Shown: positions 21,397 through 31,011 of the stretch, piece by piece
Layout of the letters: each line of letters opens with the position of its first letter
Numbering within the stretch: position 1 is the first letter of the stretch
Origin: Schleiferiaceae bacterium
GTDB lineage: Bacteria; Bacteroidota; Bacteroidia; Flavobacteriales; Schleiferiaceae
DNA: 64,000 nt
Direction of reading: 5' to 3'
NCBI GenBank assembly: GCA_051859825.1
Contig: JBHYFA010000001.1
Span: 36,268 to 100,267 of the forward strand
The notes under the pieces: model-generated
Told to the model about the DNA's origin: nothing
Seen by the model: the letters and a program-made list of their open reading frames with translations, nothing else
The model's database searches: none
Made by a program: the position numbers and the translations under genes

Positions 21397-21589
21397 ATAG
21401 AATTACAACAATAAACCTGAATTTTGAATTTTCAATTAATTAATCATCAAACTTTTTTGTCGAATAAATTTACAATCAACTGAAAATTGTTCTACAAAAC
21501 AAACATACATGAAACTTAATACAAACGCAACTTTATTTTAATATTTGTGATAGTTCAGATTAACCAAAAAAATTTACCAACCAGTCAGA

Positions 21590-21905
21590 TTCTAGCTAGT
21601 GACTGTCTATAAAGTAAAGAGTCTGCCTCAGAAAGTTCATAAGCAGGGCTTGCGAAGGTTGAAAAACAGTGAGTCCCGACAAGTCTTTGTCGGGATGACC
21701 TTTTTTCAACCGAGCATAACGCAGCTCTCGGACTTTAAAGACAGACACTAGTTAGAGTCTGTCCATAAAGTGCAAGTGGCTAGGCTAGAAAGTTCGAGAG
21801 CGAGGCTTGCGAAGGTTGAAAAACAGTGAGTTTACATTAGTAAATGACCTTTTTTTCAACCGAGCATAACGAAGCTATCGGACTTTATAGACAGACACTA
21901 GTTAA
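21590..21905. repeat. Tandem array (about 2.5 units of about 150 bp) of the full-length REP/MITE-like palindromic element
   Basis: Each unit carries terminal inverted repeats GTCTGTC(T/C)ATAAAGT...ACTTTA(T/A)AGACAGAC and a central hairpin (GGTTGAAAAACAGTGAGT...ACCTTTTTTCAACC). The last unit supplies the stop codon of the rluA-like gene. Confidence 0.7.
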
Positions 21906-22581
21906 AGCCCCAGGCTGAAAGATAGTTCTGCTTAGTAACAACCTCCACAACATCATCTTTCACCGGATGCTTAAAAATAACTTTAGCTGATTGCAAACAA
22001 ATGCTCATATCTTTATTGGCACGTCGAGCACCATACTTTACATCACCTTTTACCGGATGACCGATTTCACTAAATTGCGCACGAATCTGATGATGCCGCC
22101 CCGTATGCAACTCCACTTCCAAAAGTGTATAACGATCAAAATATTGCAATACTGTAAACGAAAGACGAGCCTCTTTGGCGTCCTTCGAGCCATTAGCAGT
22201 AGCAAATGACTTATTAAGCTTGGAATTCTTTTTAAGATGATGCTTCAATTCCCCCGTCTCGTGGGTCAACTTCCCCTCAACCATAACATGATAATACTTC
22301 TGAACCTCCCTATCGCGAAACATCACGCTTACACGTGAAAGTGCTTTACTGGTTCGGCAAAGCACCAATAGCCCGGAGGTAACGCGATCAAGACGATGAG
22401 GTAGCCCGAGAAAAACTTTGCCTTGTTTATTATAGGTGTCAGCCAAATACCTCTTTCCCTTTTCAAGAATATCTTCATCACCGGTTTTGTCGCCCTGCGC
22501 CAGTTCACCCGCTAATTTATCAACAATCAACAGGTGGTTGTCTTCATATACTATCCTAGAAGAAAAATCAGTACTGCTCAT
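21898..22581 (-). CDS. RluA-family 23S rRNA/tRNA pseudouridine synthase
   Basis: Catalytic motif [13 protein letters not shown]. RluA/C/D-like fold. 227 aa. Confidence 0.8.
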   Translation of the reverse strand: MSSTDFSSRIVYEDNHLLIVDKLAGELAQGDKTGDEDILEKGKRYLADTYNKQGKVFLGLPHRLDRVTSGLLVLCRTSKALSRVSVMFRDREVQKYYHVMVEGKLTHETGELKHHLKKNSKLNKSFATANGSKDAKEARLSFTVLQYFDRYTLLEVELHTGRHHQIRAQFSEIGHPVKGDVKYGARRANKDMSICLQSAKVIFKHPVKDDVVEVVTKQNYLSAWGFN

Positions 22582-23386
22582 TCTCGTTAGGAAAATCCTT
22601 AGATTTCACATCCGCTACATAGCTAGAAATTGCCCCCGTAATTTCTTCATAAAGATTTAAGTACCTCCTCAAAAATCGAGGAGAAAATTGGTGCGTCATA
22701 CCCAGCATATCGTGCAAAACCAATACCTGACCATCCACACCACTTCCCGCACCGATACCAATTACGGGAATATCTAAACTTTCTGCCACACGCGCTGCTA
22801 AAGCCGCGGGAACCTTTTCCAAAACCAAACTAAAACAACCAGCCTCTTGCAGCGCTACCGCATCTTCAATTAGCTTCTGAGCCTCCTCTTCTTCTTTGGC
22901 GCGAACAGTGTAAGTGCCAAATTTGTAAATACTTTGAGGCGTTAAACCTAAATGTCCCATCACAGGGATTCCGGCGGTAAGTATTCGTTTAATAGAATCT
23001 ATGACCTCTACACCTCCTTCCAACTTCACCGCATGAGCTCCAGCCTCCTTCATAATACGTATTGCGGAATTGAGCGCCTGCTTTGAATCTCCTTGATAGG
23101 AGCCAAAAGGCAAATCAACCACAATCAATGCGCGCTCAGCAGCACGAACCACCGAGCTAGCATGATATATCATCTGATCAAGGGTGATGGGCAAAGTAGT
23201 TTCGTGACCCGCCATTACATTCGAAGCAGAGTCACCAACGAGTATTACGTCAATTCCCGCTGCATCAACCATGCGAGCTAAGGTATAATCATAAGCAGTG
23301 AGCATTGAAATCTTCACGCCTTTACGCTTCATTTCCTGAACACTATGGGTAGTCATTCGTTTATTTGATGGTCGAATTGCAGACAT
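22568..23386 (-). CDS. panB: 3-methyl-2-oxobutanoate hydroxymethyltransferase (ketopantoate hydroxymethyltransferase)
   Basis: [29 protein letters not shown] and GHLGLTPQS motifs. 272 aa. Confidence 0.9.
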   Translation of the reverse strand: MSAIRPSNKRMTTHSVQEMKRKGVKISMLTAYDYTLARMVDAAGIDVILVGDSASNVMAGHETTLPITLDQMIYHASSVVRAAERALIVVDLPFGSYQGDSKQALNSAIRIMKEAGAHAVKLEGGVEVIDSIKRILTAGIPVMGHLGLTPQSIYKFGTYTVRAKEEEEAQKLIEDAVALQEAGCFSLVLEKVPAALAARVAESLDIPVIGIGAGSGVDGQVLVLHDMLGMTHQFSPRFLRRYLNLYEEITGAISSYVADVKSKDFPNENEQY

Positions 23387-23522
23387 ATTTTGCTTTTTTA
23401 TTACCTCGCAAAGCTAAACAAAAAATAACAGCTTCATTGAATTATCAAATATATCTTTGCAAGTTCACAACGATTTGTTGAAAACAAAGAAACACACTCC
23501 GGATTTCCTGAGAATAATAAAT

Positions 23523-24662
23523 ATGAAGCACTTCACTCCTTCAAAAAATAAAACGCCCATAACTATGTTAGGAAGGTTATTCCTCATCGCCCTAATAGGC
23601 TTGACAAGTATTTTCTCATCGTGCAACAACGAAGTACCCGTAAACGCTGAGTGGCAAGATATTGCCTATGTATATGGTATTCTAAATGCGGCGGCAGACA
23701 CCCAATTTGTGCGCATTGGCAAAGCTTTTCTCGGAGACGGCCCACCCTCAGAATTTGCGCAAATCCCTGATTCTATCTACTACGAAAATATCAATGTTTC
23801 AATGGAAGAACTCAGTGGAGACAGAGTAGATCGAAGTTTTTCTTTGGAAAAAATCAATCGCCCAGGACAATTGCAGCCAGGATTCTTTACTACAGAAGGA
23901 TTTCATCTGTATTACACCACCGAGCAACTCGACACTTCCAAAACCTACCGCCTTGTCATAGAAAAACCCGATGGTGGCCCAACAGTCACGGCCGAAACCC
24001 GCCTTACTTTTTGGAGAAGAAACCTGAACACGGGAAACGTAATTGAACCTTTCACCGATAGGTTAGCGTTTATTAATACATTTGGAGAACCAAATGTTGT
24101 TAGATTTGTATGGGAGAAAGCGTTCAACTCAGGTGCACACGAAGGTCGGCTCATATTCCGATACAAGGAGCAAAATCGCAGCAATCGAAATGACATAAAA
24201 ACCAAAACCATTGTTTATCAAGTTCCAGCAGCTGAACGAAGAGACGATATTTTAATTGAGATCAGTGATGCCAATTTCTACGGATTTATCGCTTCAAATA
24301 TCCAGCCCGACCCAAATGTGTTTCGCTACTTCGACACCATATTCTTCGATGCCATTGCCGGTGGCGACGATATGCGCTTATACGCTGAAATCAATAGACC
24401 TTCGGGCGGAATTGCCCAAGAAAGACCCACGTTCACAAATGTAGAAAACGGCGTTGGCCTCTTCTCAAGCATGGCCGAAACCAGAGCATTAATCAACGGT
24501 AGAGTTAAGCGGTTTATGCTAAATAACAACTCCTATAATGCCCTTGTAATGGACCTCTGCGACCTTAACTTCGTCAAACTATCCTTTACCGACTCTTGCT
24601 ATTGCGATGGTGGGGTGGTGCAGAGGATTGGGAATACTACCGGGAACTGCAACATTAATTAG
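23523..24662 (+). CDS. Hypothetical lipoprotein, possibly DUF4249-like
   Basis: Lipobox LTSIFSSC. Start placed at MKHF (23523) inside ORF 23457-24662. Lies upstream of the TonB-dependent receptor gene. Confidence 0.45.
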   Translation: MKHFTPSKNKTPITMLGRLFLIALIGLTSIFSSCNNEVPVNAEWQDIAYVYGILNAAADTQFVRIGKAFLGDGPPSEFAQIPDSIYYENINVSMEELSGDRVDRSFSLEKINRPGQLQPGFFTTEGFHLYYTTEQLDTSKTYRLVIEKPDGGPTVTAETRLTFWRRNLNTGNVIEPFTDRLAFINTFGEPNVVRFVWEKAFNSGAHEGRLIFRYKEQNRSNRNDIKTKTIVYQVPAAERRDDILIEISDANFYGFIASNIQPDPNVFRYFDTIFFDAIAGGDDMRLYAEINRPSGGIAQERPTFTNVENGVGLFSSMAETRALINGRVKRFMLNNNSYNALVMDLCDLNFVKLSFTDSCYCDGGVVQRIGNTTGNCNIN

Positions 24663-24724
24663 AGTCTGTCCATAAAGTCAAAGTGACTAGGCTATAAAGT
24701 CCGAGAGCTTCGTTATGCTCCGGC
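24660..24724. repeat. REP/MITE-like repeat copy (TAGAGTCTGTCCATAAAGTCAAAGTGACTAGGCTATAAAGTCCGAGAGCTTCGTTATGCTCCGGC)
   Basis: Carries both the left-end (GTCTGTCCATAAAGT) and right-end motifs. Its TAG is the stop codon of the upstream ORF. Confidence 0.6.
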
Positions 24725-24774
24725 TAAAACTTTACTAAATAGACACTTGCATTTATAAACCGTTTTTCATTAAG

Positions 24775-24806
24775 AAGTTGCCTTAGAAATGGGGCAACTT
24801 TTTTTA
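24775..24806 (+). terminator. Putative rho-independent terminator (AAGTTGCC...GGCAACTT plus T7)
   Basis: 8-bp stem plus a TTTTTTT run between the lipoprotein gene and the receptor gene. Confidence 0.45.
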
Positions 24807-24940
24807 TGGATAGTTATAAATCTTCACACCCCCTCCCCCAATCATTCTTTAACATTTTTTTAATGGAAACGCTAGAAACAATAATCGTTTCCAAGGGTCT
24901 TATTCGTATTACTTTTGACAACCAAACACAATCACACATC

Positions 24941-27322
24941 ATGCTACGAAACCTACTCGTCTTTGCATTGTTTATCAGTGCAATACAGCTTTGGGGACAA
25001 AAAAAATTTACCATTAGTGGAGAGCTCCAAGATGACTCAAATGGTGAGTATATGATTGGAGTAAGCATTTTTGCTGAAGGCACAACCATGGGTACAACGT
25101 CTAACGCCTACGGTTTTTATTCTCTGAGTCTGCCCCCAGGAGAATACACCATTGCTTATCAATTTATCGGTTATGAAACCATTCGGAAAAAAGTTAAGCT
25201 TGAAAAAGATGTAATTATTGATTTAAAAATGAAGGAAGAAGGCAAAACTTTGGATGCCGTTGACATTACTACCCGCCGAGTTGATGCAAATGTGCGTAGT
25301 ATGGAAATGAGCGTTACCGAAGTTACGGCCAAGGAAATCGCAAAAATTCCCCAGCTCTTGGGCGAAATTGATGTAATTCGAAGTCTAACTCTCCTGCCAG
25401 GTGTTTCTGTTGTGGGCGAAGGAGCAAACGGTTTTAACGTACGTGGTGGAAATGTCGATCAAAACCTCATCCTCCTCGATGGCGCGCCGGTTTATAACTC
25501 CTCCCACCTTTTTGGTTTTTTCTCGGTCTTTAATGCCGACGCCATTCAGTCTTTTAAACTCTACAAAGGTGGTATTCCCGCAGAATATGGAGGCCGGCTA
25601 TCTTCGGTACTTGACGTACGCCAACGTGAGGGAAACTCCAAGCGCTTTAGTGGACAAGGAGGAATCGGGATTTTATCGAGTAGAGCAACCTTTGAAGGCC
25701 CCATCATTAAAGATAAAATGAGCTTCCTTGTCTCCGGCCGTCGCTCCTACGCCGATGTATTTACTTCGCTATCATCCAACGAAAACCTCAACGGAAACAT
25801 CCTTTACTTCTACGACTTCAATGGAAAAGTCAATTACCGTATCAACCGTAAGCACCGTATTTTCCTCGCGGGATACTTCGGAAGGGATGTACTGGGAATT
25901 CGTGATTTTGTAAACTTCAACTGGGGAAACGCCACCGGCACCTTGCGTTGGAACTGGACCATCAACAACCGACTTTTCTCCAATGCTACCATGGTATATA
26001 GTGATTACGACTACGCTATTGGCTCTGGTGATATCGATGAATTGGGACCAAGCGGATTTGCTTTTCGTCTCCAATCGCGTTTAAAAAACTACAAACTCTC
26101 ACAGCAATTTACCTACTTCGCTAATTCCGACCTAAAGTTTGATTTTGGCTATGAAGCTATCTACTACGATGTACAACCCGGAGTTGCAACCTTAGTAACC
26201 AATGAATCGCGAGACGTCAACACTTTCCGTTCGGAATTTGCTCTGGAGCCAGCGCTTTTTGCTAGTGCCGAACACAAAGTAAACGGATGGCTTTCTTTTC
26301 AGTACGGACTACGATTCAGTTCATTCTATAACCTCGGTCCGCGTGACGTAATATTGTATGATGGCCTGCCGGCAAACAGCGACAGCATTGGCATACAATC
26401 CTTTGGAAGAGGAGAAACCGTGGCCGCTTTTAATGATTTAAACGGTTTAGAACCTCGTTTTTCGGTAAATATTGGTCTTGATGAATCATCATCCATCAAA
26501 GCAAGTTACAACCGCACTCGTCAATACATTCACCTTATCTCCAACACCACCTCCCCCACCCCACTCGATACTTGGCGACCTTCCGGAAAGTATATCCAAC
26601 CAGCAACTGCCAATCAAGGAGCGGTAGGATATTTCAAAAACTTAAAAGAAAATACCTACGAGCTATCAGTAGAAGCCTTCTATAAGTATTTCAACAACTT
26701 AGTAGATTATCGCGATGGGGCAAACATTCTTATCGACGATGTTGAAACTTCATTGCTCAATGGCGATGGCCGCTCCTATGGTTTGGAATTTTTGCTTCGC
26801 AAGCAAACGGGCAAACTCCAAGGATGGATTGCCTACACGCTTTCGCGCGCTGAACGTATTGTGCCCGGTGACGATCCATTTATCAGCATAAATAACGGTG
26901 AGTGGTATTTGGCAAACTTCGACCGTCTGCACGATCTAACTCTAGTTGTTACCTACGAATTAAACGAACGCTGGGATTTTGGACTCAACTTCGCCTACCA
27001 AACCGGCCACCCCGTCACCTTCCCCGTTGGAAGAGCAGAGGTGGACAACAATATTTTTGTACCCGTAAACTCGGTCCGAAATTCCACACGAATCCCCGAT
27101 TTTCACCGCTTGGATTTGAGTGCAAACTACACCCCGCGAAAAAAGGAAGGTAGAAAATGGGAATCTTCATGGTCATTTGGTGTGTACAACGCCTATGCCC
27201 GTAGAAACCCCTTCTCTGTATTCTTCCGCAACGACCCAGACAACCCGGCAGTGAACCAAGCAGTGCGCCTCGCCATCTTCGGAACCATCATACCATCGGT
27301 AACCTATAACTTCAAATTCTAA
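24941..27322 (+). CDS. TonB-dependent receptor with an N-terminal carboxypeptidase-regulatory-like domain
   Basis: Start at MLRNLLVF (24941) with signal peptide. CarbopepD_reg-like segment GEYMIGVSIFAEGTTMGTTSNAYGFYSLSLPPGEYTIAYQFIGY. Plug domain. Long beta-barrel ending in ...YNFKF. Confidence 0.8.
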   Translation: MLRNLLVFALFISAIQLWGQKKFTISGELQDDSNGEYMIGVSIFAEGTTMGTTSNAYGFYSLSLPPGEYTIAYQFIGYETIRKKVKLEKDVIIDLKMKEEGKTLDAVDITTRRVDANVRSMEMSVTEVTAKEIAKIPQLLGEIDVIRSLTLLPGVSVVGEGANGFNVRGGNVDQNLILLDGAPVYNSSHLFGFFSVFNADAIQSFKLYKGGIPAEYGGRLSSVLDVRQREGNSKRFSGQGGIGILSSRATFEGPIIKDKMSFLVSGRRSYADVFTSLSSNENLNGNILYFYDFNGKVNYRINRKHRIFLAGYFGRDVLGIRDFVNFNWGNATGTLRWNWTINNRLFSNATMVYSDYDYAIGSGDIDELGPSGFAFRLQSRLKNYKLSQQFTYFANSDLKFDFGYEAIYYDVQPGVATLVTNESRDVNTFRSEFALEPALFASAEHKVNGWLSFQYGLRFSSFYNLGPRDVILYDGLPANSDSIGIQSFGRGETVAAFNDLNGLEPRFSVNIGLDESSSIKASYNRTRQYIHLISNTTSPTPLDTWRPSGKYIQPATANQGAVGYFKNLKENTYELSVEAFYKYFNNLVDYRDGANILIDDVETSLLNGDGRSYGLEFLLRKQTGKLQGWIAYTLSRAERIVPGDDPFISINNGEWYLANFDRLHDLTLVVTYELNERWDFGLNFAYQTGHPVTFPVGRAEVDNNIFVPVNSVRNSTRIPDFHRLDLSANYTPRKKEGRKWESSWSFGVYNAYARRNPFSVFFRNDPDNPAVNQAVRLAIFGTIIPSVTYNFKF

Positions 27323-27325
27323 GCT

Positions 27326-28216
27326 ATGAAGACGAACTTCCTACGCTCATTGTATACTCAAGTAAGCAAAAATAGCATTCGCGCAATAGCCATATTTTCT
27401 ATTGTTTTCTCCCTATCTTCGTGTGAAGATGTCATTGATGTAGAACTGGAGGAAGGCCCTCTACAATTGGTGGTAAACGGGAGAATCACCGATGAAGCAC
27501 CGGCATCGGTAACCCTTAGCACAACCGCTCCTTTCTTTGAATCAGGACCAACCCCGAGAGTTTCCGGAGCCATTGTTCAATTATTTGAAGATGACAATCC
27601 ACTGGAAGCCCTAACCGAAGATCCTTCTAATCCCGGAAACTATATTGGAACAACGCCTGCCGAAATAGGCAAATCATACCATATCGAGATTCAATTACCC
27701 GAATCAGCTAGTCATTTTCAAGAGACATTTTGGAAGTCTATTCCAGAAAGGGTTTTTCCAATTTTTGAAATTGATTCCGTGTATTTGACTTTCATTCGCA
27801 CCCCTCCGCTCCCCGTTGGTCTTTACCTAAATTTTCAATTTCTTCGTCCTTTTCCATTCCCCTCAGGTGCGGCGTACCGCATTCAGAGAGAACTCAACGA
27901 TAGTGCTTTTTTGCAAGATTTCCTCTTCATCGAAAGTGCCGACGACCTTGAGTCGTTTCGTTTCCGTCCTCTTATAAACCAACTTATTGAGCCTGGAGAT
28001 ACCATTGCGCTTACCTTCAGCTCAATTACCTTACGATATCTCGAATATTTGACGGTAGTGTTTCAGCAGCTCAATTCCGGCGGACTATTCGACCCTCCAC
28101 CAGCACCTATACGCGGAAATGTTCAGCGTCAGGGTGGTGACGAGCGCGTAGCTCTAGGGTATTTTCACGCTTCATCCATTCGGCGAGCGGGGCTGAGAAA
28201 AGAGGAGGACGAGTAA
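27326..28216 (+). CDS. DUF4249-family lipoprotein (partner of the TonB-dependent receptor)
   Basis: Lipobox LSSC followed by EDVIDVELEEGPLQLVVNGRITDE, typical of the DUF4249 N-terminus. Directly downstream of the receptor gene. Confidence 0.55.
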   Translation: MKTNFLRSLYTQVSKNSIRAIAIFSIVFSLSSCEDVIDVELEEGPLQLVVNGRITDEAPASVTLSTTAPFFESGPTPRVSGAIVQLFEDDNPLEALTEDPSNPGNYIGTTPAEIGKSYHIEIQLPESASHFQETFWKSIPERVFPIFEIDSVYLTFIRTPPLPVGLYLNFQFLRPFPFPSGAAYRIQRELNDSAFLQDFLFIESADDLESFRFRPLINQLIEPGDTIALTFSSITLRYLEYLTVVFQQLNSGGLFDPPPAPIRGNVQRQGGDERVALGYFHASSIRRAGLRKEEDE

Positions 28217-29217
28217 TTCTTCCCCGCATTTTGCAATTTTTCTGCTATTCTCATACGAAGTTTTGGAGGCCCTAGCACTTCGATTGCATCACCAAACCCG
28301 AGTATCAAACGCTCTAGTTCGAAGTTCAATTGAACATTAATGGTAATTATGATACTCCGGTTTTCAAATTCTTTTTGTAGTTCCTGAGTATGATGAAGGG
28401 GCTTGGTGAGCACGTATGGTGCATTGGAAGAATTTACTTTTAAAGTTACCTTCCGAACCCTTGAATTGGGTGTTACGGTAACACCATATACCTTGGCAAA
28501 ATGAGCATCAAGATCGAAGTCTTCTTCCAAATACGGCGTTTTGAAATCATAATCCAACGCTTCAATGCGGTCTAAGGCCAAATTATTGACGGGGTGGGAA
28601 GCTTGGCGTTTACCCAGCACAAACCATCGATTATTGAACTCCTTCAGTGCGAAGGGGTGAAACAAAAAGCTGCTGGATTCCCTAGCCACGAAAGAACGGT
28701 AGGTAACAACCAGCACAACCTTTTTGATGATGGCTTGATAAATTTCGTCTAGGTAATGAAGCCCCTTTAGTCTTTCGTTTTTGTCGAAGTGAATAACCTG
28801 TCGCGACTGGTTTTTCTCCGCGTAAATTTTATCCTCCAACCGCTGAACGATATCCGAAACATCGCTAAAAAGGGAAAAATCTTTAAACTGCTTGAGCATG
28901 GAAACCGCTTCAGTCAACGTGTTGATGTCGGTATCATTAAGTGGTGTATCCGTAATGCTAAAATCGTCGTCGGCATAGCGGTAATACTTACGTTCGTAAA
29001 CTTCGATGGGCGCATTGTATCCCAACTTTTCACTGCGCATCAACTGTATATCGAGCTGTACGGTGCGCTTGCTGATGGGCACTTTTTTTCCTTCAAACTC
29101 GTACAGCGCATCCGAACAGGCTTCAATCAAATCTTCCAACGTCCACCTTCTAAAGCGGTTTTGCAGGCACTTATCAATTGTTTTATAACGGATTAAGGCG
29201 TTCTTGTTTTGCGGCAT
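28165..29217 (-). CDS. WYL-domain transcriptional regulator (wHTH-WYL-WCX architecture)
   Basis: N-terminal winged HTH (ALIRYKTIDKCLQ...KRTVQLDIQLMR). Central WYL-like region (...LVVTYRSF...HPFALKEFNNRWFVLG). 350 aa. Divergent from rtcB. Confidence 0.6.
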   Translation of the reverse strand: MPQNKNALIRYKTIDKCLQNRFRRWTLEDLIEACSDALYEFEGKKVPISKRTVQLDIQLMRSEKLGYNAPIEVYERKYYRYADDDFSITDTPLNDTDINTLTEAVSMLKQFKDFSLFSDVSDIVQRLEDKIYAEKNQSRQVIHFDKNERLKGLHYLDEIYQAIIKKVVLVVTYRSFVARESSSFLFHPFALKEFNNRWFVLGKRQASHPVNNLALDRIEALDYDFKTPYLEEDFDLDAHFAKVYGVTVTPNSRVRKVTLKVNSSNAPYVLTKPLHHTQELQKEFENRSIIITINVQLNFELERLILGFGDAIEVLGPPKLRMRIAEKLQNAGKNYSSSSFLSPARRMDEA

Positions 29218-29316
29218 TGCTGTTTATTTTCCACAAAAAAACAACCCCACAAGAAACTACGCAAATAGATTGCGCAGTCGTTTTAAAATATTTGCCCAAT
29301 CAAAAAAACGAACGTT

Positions 29317-30726
29317 ATGAAAACGATTACCGGAAAAGATTTGCGAAACATTGGATGGGAAGAAAATGCCAGTTTGGGACAAGCACTTAAAATCATCGAG
29401 TGCAGTAAAGTGAACATGTCGCTTGATACGTTGACGTTGTTGTACCAAAACCCGGAAGATTTTGTCATCAACCCCGTTTACGGTGAAATGGCCGAAATGC
29501 TGATTGCACATCGCGAAAGCATAAAAGACGACATTATTCCCATAGCCGAATCAGGTGGAGAATACAAAAAGTACGGCGAAGAACACATTGAAGAAGGTGC
29601 TCGTAAACAAATGGAAGTGGCCATGCGCTTGCCGGTAACGCGTGCGGGCGCCCTTATGCCCGATGCGCATCAAGGTTACGGCTTGCCCATTGGTGGGGTT
29701 TTGGCAACCAATAACGCCGTTATACCCTTTGGTGTAGGGGTGGATATTGGGTGTAGAATGGCGTTATCGGTATTCGATATGCCGGAAGATGATTTTTATC
29801 TCAACCACGATAAATTCAAACGTGAACTCATCGCTCATACGCGCTTTGGCGCGGGCCACGGGTTTGTACGCAAGCATCGCAGCGAACACGAAATCCTCGA
29901 CCATAAATTGTTTGACGAAAATCACTTCGTAGGCAATTTAAAAGACAAAGCCTGGAGTCAACTTGGGTCTTCTGGTGGAGGGAATCACTTTGTGGAATTT
30001 GGTATTCTGGATTTTGCCGAAGACGATGCCGAATTGAACATCCCTAAAGGAAAATACGTAGCCTTGCTTACCCACTCCGGATCACGCGGGTTGGGGGCAA
30101 CCATTGCCGGACATTACACCAAGCTCGCTAAGGAAGTGTGTAAACTCCCCGACGAAGCCAAGAATCTCGCCTATTTGGATTTAAACTCCGAACTCGGTCA
30201 GGAGTACTGGGCAGCGATGAACTTGGCCGGCGATTATGCGTCGGCTTGTCACGAGATCATCCACCAAAAACTGACCAAAGCGCTGGGATTAATCCCGTTG
30301 GCAAAAGTGGAAAACCACCACAACTTCGCCTGGAAGGAAACCATCAACGGCGAGGAAGTGATTGTTCATCGCAAAGGCGCAACACCGGCAGCCAAGGGTG
30401 TTATGGGCATCATTCCCGGCAGCATGACCGCCCCCGGATTTTTGGTACGCGGAAAGGGTGAAGCAGAAGCCATCAATTCCGCTTCGCACGGTGCAGGCCG
30501 ACAAATGAGTCGAACTAAAGCCAAGAAGTCGGTAACCCGCACCGAGCTTAAGCAGGTACTAAAAGACCACGGCGTTACCCTCATCGGTGCCGGGTTAGAC
30601 GAAGCGCCAATGGCCTATAAAGACATCCATTTGGTGATGGAAGCCCAAAAGGATTTGGTCGATGTCGTTGCCAAGTTTAGTCCAAAAATGGTTCGCATGG
30701 CCGATGATGGTAGTCGTGAAGATTAG
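29317..30726 (+). CDS. rtcB: RNA-splicing ligase RtcB
   Basis: Metal/GTP-binding motifs DAHQGYGLPIGGV, GGGNHF, HRKGAT, SHGAGR (His nucleophile region). 469 aa. Confidence 0.9.
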   Translation: MKTITGKDLRNIGWEENASLGQALKIIECSKVNMSLDTLTLLYQNPEDFVINPVYGEMAEMLIAHRESIKDDIIPIAESGGEYKKYGEEHIEEGARKQMEVAMRLPVTRAGALMPDAHQGYGLPIGGVLATNNAVIPFGVGVDIGCRMALSVFDMPEDDFYLNHDKFKRELIAHTRFGAGHGFVRKHRSEHEILDHKLFDENHFVGNLKDKAWSQLGSSGGGNHFVEFGILDFAEDDAELNIPKGKYVALLTHSGSRGLGATIAGHYTKLAKEVCKLPDEAKNLAYLDLNSELGQEYWAAMNLAGDYASACHEIIHQKLTKALGLIPLAKVENHHNFAWKETINGEEVIVHRKGATPAAKGVMGIIPGSMTAPGFLVRGKGEAEAINSASHGAGRQMSRTKAKKSVTRTELKQVLKDHGVTLIGAGLDEAPMAYKDIHLVMEAQKDLVDVVAKFSPKMVRMADDGSRED

Positions 30727-30750
30727 GCAATCCATGCGACACCGTAAAAT

Positions 30751-30876
30751 CATAGTTGCTAGGCTAAAAATTTCGAGAGCAAGGCTTGCGAATGATTAAA
30801 AAGCGGAGTTTACGTTTGGTAAATGAGCATTTTTAAGCATTCGCGTAACGCAGCTATCGGAATTTTTAGACAGCAA
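30751..30876. repeat. Full-length variant of the REP/MITE-like element with a compensatory central hairpin
   Basis: TAGTTGCTAGGCTAAAAATTTCGAGAGC...GCGAATGATTAAAAA / TTTTTAAGCATTCGC...CAGCTATCGGAATTTTTAGACAGCAAC. The stem halves co-vary relative to the 21.6-kb copies. Starts 25 nt after the rtcB stop. Confidence 0.65.
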
Positions 30877-31011
30877 CAAATATTGAGGGAGGCTTGATGC
30901 GTGTTTCTGTATAGCACCATTGCCGTGTGCGCTCCACGTGGGTGGATTGCGCTTCACCGTTCACCTCCTCTTGATGGTTTTCGGTCGTTTTCCTCAAAAT
31001 GACCACCAAGC

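Noticed and set aside
21590-21905. CRISPR array hypothesis for the tandem repeats
   Set aside because: Units are about 150 bp and contiguous, with no short unique spacers or cas genes. They are palindromic REP/MITE-like, not CRISPR.
24806-24940. Upstream extension of the TonB-dependent receptor ORF
   Set aside because: Overlaps the terminator hairpin and lacks a signal peptide. The MLRNLLVF start at 24941 gives a canonical signal peptide.
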